The position numbers were made by a program, and so were the translations under genes. The notes under the pieces are model-generated. The model was not told the origin of the DNA. It searched no databases and was given only the letters and a program-made list of their open reading frames with translations. A stretch of 64,000 bases of DNA from Anthoceros angustus (Eukaryota > Plantae > Anthocerotophyta). Position 1 is the stretch's first letter. Each line of letters opens with the position of its first letter. The stretch covers positions 1-64,000 of the forward strand of contig MU008167.1 in assembly GCA_010909165.1 (NCBI GenBank). Direction: 5' to 3'. Below, one piece after another: positions 26,133 through 36,619 of the stretch.

Positions 26133-28360
26133 TCCCTTAGGCTCGCCTGTGGCCTTCCACTAACACCTACACCTCTAATCCTCTACTCATCTTCTCATCT
26201 TCTCATCCTCTTCCTCCTATTCTAACCTCGCCTGGCCATCGCTCGACCGCCTCACGGCACAACCGCCTGGGTCGGCCTCCACCAAGAAGTTCTTCCTTGG
26301 GCGGTTGCTATGAGTTTGACACCACTGCGAGCCTCCAGTGAGTCTTTCCTGTGGTCCCTCAGAGAGTTCTCGGCATCCACACACCCAAAGCAAAGCAATT
26401 TCACAACAACCATTCACAAGGGAGCAACTGCTTAGGCACTTGCGAGCAAGTCCTCCACCAAGCACTCCGACCACCGCGACTTCCTCTCTACCATCACTGT
26501 TGGCTCACAAATGCACGAAATTCCTCAGAATGGCAAAGGACTCGATGAGGTGGAAGCGCAAGACATGATACTTTACTTTGTGAAATCCTCCTCCTCTTAT
26601 AGGAGGCCTTCCACATACAACCTCCCTTAGGTGACCCTACCGCAGTCACCTTTTCCAATTTTCTATTATTTCCTACCGCCAAGATTTAATGTCCGCACCT
26701 AAGTCTATTGTCCTTGGTAAATTCTATTCTAGTAACTTCACCTAAGACCATCCTTAAGGATGTCACACACCACCTATCCTTCCATTCTCCAAAGCTCATT
26801 TATGGTCATTGACCATTCTTAGTCCTTATCTCAGGGTGGTGACATGTCCTTGTGGATTGGCCCTCGCCTCCTTTTGCTCGTCCCTTAGGCTCTTGTGGCC
26901 TTCCACTAACACCTACACCTCTAATCCTCTACTCATCTTCTCATCTTCATCCTCTTCCTCCTATTCTAACCTCGATTCGGGCTTCTTGGCCGACTCGCCC
27001 TGCAGCTGCTGAGGTCGGCCTCCACCGGCAAGTTCTTCCTTGGGCGGTTGCTATGAGTTTGACACACCAGCGCCCGAGTCTTTCCACATGTGGTCTCTGA
27101 GTGTTCCACAGGCATTGCCACACACCAAAGCAAAGCAATTTCACAACAACCATTCACAAGGAGCAACTCGTTTAGGCACTTGCGAGCAAGTCCTCCACCA
27201 AGCACTCCGACCACCGCGACTTCCTCTCTACGGACTGCGTTGGCTCACGGTAAACGAAATTCCTCTGTAATGGCAAAGGACTCGATGAGGGTGGGCGCAA
27301 GACATGATACTTTACTTTGTGAAATCCTCCTCCTCTTATAGGAGGCCTTCCACATACAACCTCCCTTAGGTGACCCTACCGCAGTCACCTTTTCCAATTT
27401 TCTATTATTTCCTACCGCCAAGATTTAATGTCCGCACCTAAGTCTATTGTCCTTGGTAAATTCTATTCTAGTAACTTCACCTAAGACCATCCTTAAGGAT
27501 GTCACACACCACCTATCCTTCCATTCTCCAAAGCTCATTTATGGTCATTGACCATTCTTAGTCCTTATCTCAGGGTGGTGACATGTCCTTGTGGATTGGC
27601 CCTCGCCTCCTTTTGCTCGTCCCTTAGGCTCGCCTGTGGCCTTCCACTAACACCTACACCTCTAATCCTCTACTCATCTTCTCATCTTCTCATCCTCTTC
27701 CTCCTATTCTAACCTCGATTCGGGCTTCTTGGCTTGACTCGCCCCTTCTGGCACAGGGTCGGCCTCCACCGGCAAGTTCTTCCTTGGGCGGTTGCTTTGT
27801 GAGTTTGACACACCAGCGGCCGAGTCTTTCACATCTGGTCTCCGGCGAGTGTTCCACAGGCATTGCCACACACCAAAGCAAAGCAATTTCACAACAACCA
27901 TTCACAAGGGAGCAACTCGTTTAGGCACTTGCGAGAGCAAGTCCTCCACCACACACACTTCCTCTCTACGGCTGCGTTGGCTCACGGACGAAATTCCTCT
28001 GTAATGGCAAAGGACTCGATGAGGGTGGGCGCAAGACATGATACTTTACTTTGTGAAATCCTCCTCCTCTTATAGGAGGCCTTCCACATACAACCTCCCT
28101 TAGGTGACCCTCTGCGGTCACCTTTTCCAATTTTCTATTATTTCCTACACTTGACATTTTAACGGCACCTAAGTCTATTGTCCTTGGTAAATTCTATTCT
28201 AGTAACTTCACCTAAGACCATCCTTAAAGGATGTCACCACACCACCTATCCTTCCCCAAAGCTCATTTATGGTCATTGACCATTCTTAGTCCTTATCTCT
28301 TTGGGGTGGTGACATGTCCCTTGTGGATTGGCTCCCTCGCCTCCTTTTGCTCTGTCCCTT
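26133..28360 (-). repeat. Tandem triplication (~745 bp) of PPT region plus LTR promoter
   Basis: Units start at TCCCTT at 26133, 26881 and 27620. Confidence 0.9.
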
Positions 28361-28875
28361 CCTGCATCTTGTCGCCTTCCTAATGTGTGGGGCAAGTACA
28401 ATCTGCCCCTTCCTCCATCTCTGGGCGGCGCCTAAGTCTGTCCTTCCATCAATCGCCTCCGCACCTAGGCGCCTTTTCTCCAGCCTCCGCACCGGTCGCT
28501 ACTCATCAAGATTCTACCGCTAGTCCGGCATTATCGGTACTACCTACCATGGTAGTCTCGCCTTTTCCTTCTTCTCCTTCTCCTCTCCTGATGTCTCTGG
28601 TGAAGATCTTTTGCTCTGTCCCTTCCCGGATCTTGTCGCCTTCCTAATGTGTGGGGCAAGTACAATCTGCCCCTTCCTCCATCTCTGGGCGCCTAAGTCT
28701 GTTACCTTCCATCAATCGCGCCCCTCCGCACCTAGGCGCCTTTTCTCCTCCGCTGGTGGCGCCCGTTCATCGGCACCCTACGCGGTAGTCGGCGGACTAC
28801 CGTGGTAGGACCTTCTCCTACCATGGTAGTCGCCTATCTCCTTTCTTCCTCTCCGTGATGAGTCTGGGTCAAGAT
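28343..28875. repeat. Tandem duplication (~265 bp)
   Basis: CTTTTGCTCTGTCCCTTCC...TCTTGTCGCCTTCCTAATGTGTGGGGCAAG at 28343 and 28609. Confidence 0.8.
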
Positions 28876-29249
28876 CTCCATTGCTCTTTTGCCTTTGTTT
28901 GGTTTGTCCATACCTATCATGGAGCATCTTCAAAGAGTCTTCCCCAATTGTCACCAATGTTCCACTAACCCTTCTTTCGCTGGTCTCCTCCGGCTGCCCT
29001 CCCTTATCCGTGGGGCGAGGGAACTTCTCACCCTCCCCTTCCTCGACGGACCCCGCCTGTCCTCCTGGGTTGTCTCCCCACCACCTCAACCGCCTCCAGG
29101 GGTATACCACGGACCCCTCCCCTTCTCGCCCAGCCTCCGCCGACTCCCCAACAGCTCACCTGGCACTGCACCCTAGTCCGCACTACAGAGGTGGTCACCA
29201 CGGTAGTCCGCAGATCACTCGTGGTAGGTGGTCACCACGGTAGGTTGAC

Positions 29250-32200
29250 CCCGTGAGGGTGGGCTGTCCTCCTTGCTCTCGCGCCATCTTCCACCTTGGC
29301 GCCACGGCCTCATCTCCCGACTCCTCGATTCCTGAGTCCATTTCACGATGGCCTCATCAAAATCGGAGGCCTCCGCCGCACTGCTCCCTTTCTCATCATC
29401 ATGAGGACCCAATGTCCTCCTCTTGGCCAAACGCAAGACGTTGTTGGCCTTCAAAATTCTATTGTGGAGGTGAGCCCCAAGCTATGATATTGCATTTGGA
29501 GATCATCAATCTCCGTGGCCACTCTCCATCTTCACACCTACCTTGTAGGCGTCCCTTGAGGTGGTCAATTCCCCACCTTGACATGGAGGGTCACATTCTC
29601 CTCCCTCACTTCACCGGTTGGCCATCTTGCCTCAAGGGCATAGTCCGCCCAAAATCTCCCGCTTCACCACCAAGATTCTGCACCACCTTCTTGTGGCTCC
29701 TCCTCTTGGAACCTCCTTTGTTCCAGCCGCTTGGCAAGTCTCCTTCTCCACTTGCCACTCACTTCTCGCGCTCTAATTCTTGTACTGATCTTGAGCCTAG
29801 CTCCGCTTCTCTTCCAAATTGAACCGATCCTTCGCAATTCTTCCATGTCCGGATCTTGATGGCTTGGGTAGCCATCACTGCTGCCATTGCTGGACCGCTT
29901 CTCCTTCCGAGAGCCTCCGCTTTTGCCCTTTCGCTCTTGCTCTAATTGGGCAAAGTGCTCCTCCGCCTGCCTCCATGAATCCCGTTGGGTTGGTTGCTCG
30001 AATGGCTCTCTTCGCGACACCTTCCCTTCTAGGACTTTGCTCCGCTCATCCATGAGGTCGCTGGAGCTTCCACCTTTGGCGCTCGGCGCTCCTCATCTCC
30101 GACTCCTCAGTTCCTCGAGTCCATTTTGATGGCCTCATCAAAATCGGAGGCCTCTGGGACTGCAGCTCCTTTGTCATCATCATGAGGACCCAATGTCCTC
30201 CTCTTGGCCAAGCAAGATTCATTGTTGGCCTTCAAAATTCTATTGAGGTGAGCCCCAAGCTATGATATTGCATTTGGAGATCATCAATCTCAGTGGGCCA
30301 CTCTCCATCTTCACACCTACCTTTGTAGGCGTCCCTTGAGGTGGTCAATTCCCCACCTTGACATGGAGGTCACATTCTCCTCCCTCACTTGCTTGGTTGG
30401 CCAATTTTGCACGAAGGGCATAGTCAAAATCTCCTTTTCTCACCACGGCATTGCACCACCTTCTTGTGGCTCCTCCTCTTGGAACCTCCTTTGTTCCAAT
30501 TGGCCTTGGCAAGTCTCTCCTTCTCCACTTGCCACTCACTTCTCGCGCTCTAATTCTTGCACTGGATCTTGAGCCTTCTCAGCGCTTCTCTTCCAAATTG
30601 AACCTGATCCTTCGCAGTTCCTCTTCCATGTCCCGGATCTTGATGGCTTGGGTAGCCATCACCTGCTCTGGCGTCCAATTGCTGGACCGCTATCTTCTCC
30701 CTACCGAGAGCCTCTGTTTTGCCCTTTCGTTCTTGCTCTAATTGGGCAAAGTGCTCCTCCGCCTTCTGTCTCCATGAATCCCGTTGGGTGGTCGCCCGAA
30801 TAGCCCTCTCTTCAGCCTGCGACACCTTCCCTTCTAGGACTTTGCTCATCCATGAGGTCGCGTTGGAGCTTCTCTACAGCCTTTTCCAGTTTGGCTGCCT
30901 TCTCATCGGACTCCATGGCCTCCAATTGCCATTTAGTCCTCGCCTCCCGCCATGTCTTGGGCTTTCCTCTTGGCATGCCCACAAGGAGGCTGCTAGGTCC
31001 CTAGCCCCTTCAACCACATGGCCGAGTGCTTCACAAGCACTCAAAGAAGTCTCCTAGGGGTCCTAATTCCACCCTCCTACCTTCTTGCTGGAAATTTCCA
31101 GCCTCCTCACTGGACCATCACGGCGCGGGTCCCTCACCGCCCATCCGCCTCTTCCTCCCAATGCGGGGATGCCAAGGCCGCTTCTCCTTCCTTCCCCACA
31201 GAGGGCTGCCGCCTACCGTGGTAGTCCGCCCACCGTGGTAGGATCTCTCCTACCATGGTAGGACACCTCCTACCACGGTAGGAGTTTCTCCTACCACGGT
31301 AGTCCGCCCACCCTTGGTAGTGCCGGTGCCTCCCTCTAGGCACAATGAGATGGTGGGGACTCCCCACCCTTGGGGTCACACCTCCTGGTAGTCCTCCTCT
31401 CATAGACTACCATTCGGCCTTCCTCGGCGGTTCCTGTTCTTCTCCCCTCTCTTGCTCCTGTGGGGGAAAAGATTCCCATTCTGGCAACCCTGTTGCATCC
31501 ACATCCTCCTCCCTTGCTCTAGCATGCTTGTGGAGGTCTGACCTCCCACTGTCTTCCTCAATGCAAAAGGCAAGGCCTTTCCAAGCTTGGCTGGAGATGG
31601 ATTATCTGGGATGCCAAGCATCTTCCAACTCCTTGCTTGTGAGAAGCCCTTCCGCTTTCCCACAAATGCACCAAATAGGTGCCGAGGTAAAGGCCTGGGC
31701 CTTCCTCATCCACGAATTTGGCTTGAGGAGCTTTTCTGTGGTGGATGTAGGCCTCATACATGATGGTGCCCCAACTGCTTGGCTCCTCTTGAAATCTTCC
31801 ACAAAATTGGAGGAAGTTGGTCTTTGAAATAAGGGCGTTGGTAATTTACCAACCCCAACACAATCTTAAGAGCCTCCACTTCAGCTCCTTGATGCTCTGC
31901 TTTTCCAGCCATTCTTGGCGTGGGCCTTCACCTCCATCCATCATGTCGAGGAGTTCTGGAATATCGAGAGGGCCTCTTCCTCCATTCGACCTTTCGAGGA
32001 GAGCAATTCGAGCTCTCCTGCCTCCCATACACTTGCCTAATGCTCCTTACGCCCAGCAATGGGATCCGTCGCATTCCTTCCCAGAAGGCAGGTCGCCTGA
32101 TTGATGGAGGTTGATGAAACACTCTCAATCAATTCCAAATTGGTGTAGGCCCATTACGGCCATACACCCATCCCAATTGGATGTTGTCTTCCTCTGCCCA

Positions 32201-32480
32201 CTGCCTGAAATCCACTAAATCTCGGGGGTTGAGCTGCCCTGCAAAACACGTGAATTGGGGCATTACAAGCTTTTCTCGCGCAGGCCTCGCTGCCGCTTCT
32301 TCTTCTTCTTCTCGAGGAAGAACCCTTGGCAGGCGGCTCCTTCCCTTTGCTTTTTCCTCCTCGAGGCATGGCGATGTCTTCCTTTCCAAGTGTTTCAAAG
32401 GAAGGGAATTACTTCCCAACGCCCAACACTGGTGCTCCCAAACTTCTCTTCCAAACACTTCTCCCCTTGGGGTAGCAACC
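29250..32480 (-). pseudogene. Frameshifted extra ORF of family B element; C-terminal ~780 bp duplicated (29315-30062 and 30095-30862)
   Basis: MPRGGKSKGK start, GQLNPRDLVDFRQWAEEDNI, WGTIMYEAY, HLWE, coiled coil, LAKRRTLGPHDD present twice. Confidence 0.6.
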
Positions 32481-32999
32481 ACACTTCACCTGCAGCACAC
32501 GTTAGCCCTGGTCCGAGTCTTTCAGCTGCGGTCAGCCTCCTCCCCGTTGTCCTTCTTCCAGGGCAGAGCGCCGCCGCCGATTGTTCGCAACGCTCTTCCT
32601 GCCTTCAATTCTATGACCACAGTACCACAAGTGCGTTGCTTCCTTGGCGCTCGCTCCACACTTTCCTCTCCAGTGGCCCGAGGCGCGTGACGAGCTCTCC
32701 CACTGCTCGCGGCACTCCGCGTTTTTCCTTCTACCGGTCGCTCACGCCTCGCGGTTGGGTTCGGTCTCCTTTCGATGAAGCGCGAATAAGGCTCTTACAA
32801 CACGCGGCCCCGTAGGGCCATGAATGAGAGGATGGGTGGCACCCCATCTTATCACCGACATCGACATGGCGACAATGGAGTTCCAATGAGCTCACGTGTT
32901 TGGATGTCGCTCCTTCAAGGAGGACTACAAAACAAATATTATTTCACCTTTTGGCTTTTGATTCAACGTTTGAATGTGTCGTTTTGTTTCAACCTTTTG

Positions 33000-33720
33000 T
33001 GAAACGAGACGCTTGTTTGTTCGATGCATTTTGCAACTTTTAGCTTAGCTTTAGCCTCCCTTGAAATGGTTGGTAGCACTTTTCTCTTCTTAAAAGCACC
33101 TTGACTACTTCTTGGAGCCAATAATTTTTAGTTGGAGCTTTTCTTAAAAGCGATTGAGGTTGAATTATTATGCTTAAGAGCAACTTGAATCTTGTTATCA
33201 AGTTGAGCAACAATGCTGGTCATAACTTCCATGTATAATTTGCGATGGAAATCAATATTCAAAACTTGAGTGTGGAGCACTTGAATCTTGCACCAAGTTA
33301 TCCCACTCATAGTTTGATTGTTCAATGATATTGCTTAATATGCTTTTGTAGAACAGCAGTCCTTATGTTTAGAGGAAGTAGATAGTTTCTCTTGTCTCTT
33401 GAGATCTTTAAATTTATCTCTAGAGATATCTACTATTACTGGTATAAAAATACACTTCTTGGGTCCGAAAGTATTTTTAAATGCATCATTGATAATGCTT
33501 GCTTTATTTTTGTAATACTTGAGCATGTATTACAACAAGGTGCTTAGACACTTGACTTCCTTGAAAACTTGTTCGATTCGCATTGCATCTCATCAATGTG
33601 ATGCGATATTAAGCGATGAATCACGGTGCTGCGCATATGTTGACATTTTTCCAACATTTTGGCGTGCATAACTCCCTCGGTGTGAGTTGAGTTTAAAAGG
33701 CTAGCGAGATCGCTTGTTAA
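33000..33720 (-). pseudogene. Degenerate unidentified ORF-C (~240 codons); copies near 40750-41470, 49290-50030 and 57560-58270
   Basis: Consecutive open peptides joined by frameshifts or stops (SDLASLLNSTHTEGVMHAKMLEKCQH ... KNTFGPKKCIFIPVIVDIS ... NIDFHRKLYMEVM). No family recognised. Confidence 0.4.
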
Positions 33721-33845
33721 TTAATGATAAAAGGATCATTAACACACCAATGTTTTAAAACATAAATAAACAAAGATGTGTTATCAAGGAGAAAAGAACA
33801 AAACCCCGAGCAAATAAAACAAACCACACCTACCTCGGGGCTAGT

Positions 33846-33921
33846 GCTCACTTCCTTGTGCTCACTTCCGCTCGACTCTATAAATACTACATGTACTTGC
33901 TATTTCTAGCGTTTAGGGTTT
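33846..33921 (+). promoter_or_regulatory. Promoter-like block: twice GCTCACTTCC, TATAAATA and a telo-box (TTTAGGGTTT); present in all four units
   Basis: TATAAATA at 33879-33886 and TTTAGGGTTT at 33912-33921. Motif match only. Confidence 0.4.
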
Positions 33922-34359
33922 CACCCTCATCTCCTCCTTACAATAAAGAATATCCCATCCCTTGTTATTTCTAGCTAAGCATTCTTCTGTTTATAGCTAA
34001 ATATAATATATTAAATCACATTTACTCATTTTCATGATGGGCTCTCCCATCATCTCTCCTCCCTCAATAGAACTTCATTTTTATTTCTTATTATTTGCAA
34101 CTAGACATCATTTACTATGTTTTTCTTGTTTTCTCAGCCATGACTACTTTTATGAATGCGGGTTTTAAACAAGGGATGCGAGAATGGGCCCTCCACCTCG
34201 TAGGGGCATCGGGGTCATCCCGACTTTACTTTTGCTCACGATGACTCCTAGAGATCATGAGTCTTCTCACAACCATACAAACCACTTCTTCTAAGGAGAG
34301 AAGCCTACCAGTGGTTTCTCGACCAACTACTAAAAACTATCAAGGCGTCTCAGTGGTGA

Positions 34360-34752
34360 TCAAAGATCATTGAAGGTGGCATAAGAGCACGAAAGTTGGC
34401 ATAATCAAACACCATTGAAGATGACATAAAACCTTGAAGTATAAGACAAGGAAAAAGGCATAATCAAACACCATTGAAGATGACATAAGACCACGAAGTG
34501 GCGAAGACATTGAAAGTTGGCATAACTAAATACCTTTGAAGATGACATAAAACCTTTGAAGTGGGATAAGAGCACGAAAGTTGGCTCAATCAAACACCAT
34601 TGAAGATGACATAAGAGCATTGAAGTGGCATAAGACAAGGAAAGCTAGCATAATCAAACACCATTGAAGATGACATAAGAACCGAAGTGGCGAAGACAAC
34701 AAAAGTCATAATCAAACACCATTGAAGATGATATAAGACCTTGAAGGTGGCA
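34360..34752 (+). repeat. ~60 bp minisatellite (core AATCAAACACCATTGAAGATGACATAA), 6 monomers
   Basis: Direct reading. Confidence 0.9.
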
Positions 34753-35007
34753 AGAAAAAGCGCTATAAACTATAAAGTATATGGCATCATAATTGGGGAC
34801 TTATCTCAATGGATAAATGTTTGGGGCAAAGAGCTTTTAATGTCACTAATCGAAAGCGACCCCATGAGCTGGGTTCCACAAGGCGTTGGTACACATTACT
34901 AACTCACCCCAATGCATTGAGATATTTTAATACAAGATTTGTTAAAACACGATAGATACGCATTAAATCATGGCGAGATTTAGATCACGTTACCCATGAT
35001 CTAAATC

Positions 35008-35674
35008 TTGACCGCGATGAGGGTCCGCCTCGGTTTGGCTCATCCTCTTGCCTCTTCTCTTTCCACGTGCAGTTGTGGAGCTGCCATCGACGACTTCGGG
35101 TCCCATTTGGCGCGTTGTCCCGTGGAGGGGCAACGTATTGCTACGCATGACGCCGTTCGCGACGTCATGTTTTCGATAACTAAGGAGAGCGGATTTTTTC
35201 CGTATAGGGAGCGCCCATATACATTGCGTAATGGCGTGTCACTCAGGGCGGACCTTTTTTATACCAGGAGGGAGCAAATTTACATCGCTGATTTGGTTGT
35301 CATGGATCCCACGAGACTCGTATGCGAGCACGTCATCATCAACCCCGAGGTGGCGGAAGGATGCGCAACTAGCAAGACTCACAAGTACCCTCCTTTGCAA
35401 GACGGCCATGTTTTCATCCCCTCATCCTCGAGACTCATGGGGCTATGGGCAAGGACTTCTCTAGGTTAATTAAGGAGTGTGCAAAAGCCTATCACGAATG
35501 AATTGGAGGGCCTCCCCTTTCCTCTGTGGTGGCTTTCTTCGCCTTTGGGTTTTCATAGCCAGACAGCCGCGTTTATTTGTCGGACGGCTACATCGCGGGA
35601 CTGGCGGCTTCTTGACATTGGTGGTAGGTAGGCCCTTCATCATCCCCGATCACGATATCATTGGTGCGAGGTAG
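35008..35674 (+). mobile_element. 5'-truncated non-LTR retrotransposon end (CRE/R2-type zinc knuckle plus restriction-like endonuclease)
   Basis: RVRLGL..CSCG..DDFGSHLARC..GQRIATHDAVRD, RADL...ADLVVMDP, K..KY and FIPLILETHGAMG are hallmark RLE-clade C-terminal motifs. Confidence 0.85.
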
Positions 35675-36619
35675 TTACGGAAAGGCATTCGAGGGACTAG
35701 GACTTCCCTTTTACTATTAGCCCTTTTAGGTTGTTCCTCCTTGGACTTAAGGGTTGATGGCATTTCCTATCTCGCCTATTAAGGCGTCTACTCTACTCTT
35801 CTTACACATGATTAAAGTGCAACGTCCATTACTTTTATGCCTTTATTTTTTATTACCATGTTGTATTATGTCATTTTTTTATTTCTTATTATTTACAACT
35901 AGACATCATTTACTATGTTTTTCTTGTTTTCTCACCATGACTACTTTTATGGATGCGGGTTTTAAATGCTGGGAGGGGCATATCGGCACTCCATAGGGGT
36001 ATTTGTGGGTCATCCGACTTCACTTTACACTCACCATGACTCCTAGAGATCATGAGTCTTCTCACAAACATACAAAACCACTTCTTCAAGGAAAGCGTAA
36101 CCAAGACTTTTACATCAAAGTCGCCTTGGAGATTTGGAAGCCAATAGGCCTGGACAACATCCTAGGAGGTTGGGAAGCTAGTGGCCTTGGTGACATATTT
36201 ACAATGATTTACTTAACTTAAGAGAAAGTAAAGTCTCGCGTTATGAGGACTCGCATGAGGAGACCAACGTACCCCATCCGGAGGGACCAACTTAGCGGAT
36301 GCTGGAAATCGAAGAGCTTCACTCAGCTGAAGCTAAAGAGCAACTATCACTAGTTCATAGCGGTCGGTGGATTCGTAACTTCGTAAGAAAATTGTTGTCG
36401 TGCTTTAGCAAATCTTTCTTTAAGATCTCTTATTTTATTATATTGGGGTGATCAATCCCTAATTATGGTACCATATTCTTTATAATTTATAGTGCATTCT
36501 TAGATTATGCCATCTTTATGGTCTTGTGCCACCTTTATGGTCTTTGATTGTGCCACCTCTGTGGACTTTTGCCACCTTTCGTGGACTTTTGTTTTGCCAA
36601 CCTTGTGGTCTTCTCTCAT

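Larger units (their letters stand above)
25798..32789 (-). mobile_element. Family B Ty3/gypsy element, 3' half (extra ORF, PPT, LTR with triplicated U3-R)
   Basis: LTR 3' part homologous to family A (GGGATAAGTGTGG, TCTCATGGG). Minus-strand TATA at ~26600, ~27340 and ~28070. Extra ORF homologous to family A. Confidence 0.7.

Noticed and set aside
33912-33921. Telomeric array or telomere addition site
   Set aside because: Only a single TTTAGGG per unit.
34360-34752. Minisatellite as a CRISPR-like repeat-spacer array
   Set aside because: The intervening segments are variants of each other rather than unique spacers, no cas genes are present, and the context is eukaryotic.
36003-36221. VALEIWKPIGLDNILGGWEASGL as a pogo/DDE_1 transposase C-terminus
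   Set aside because: Only a loose W..I....I...W pattern; the QPLD motif is absent and spacing to a possible DHES motif is too short.
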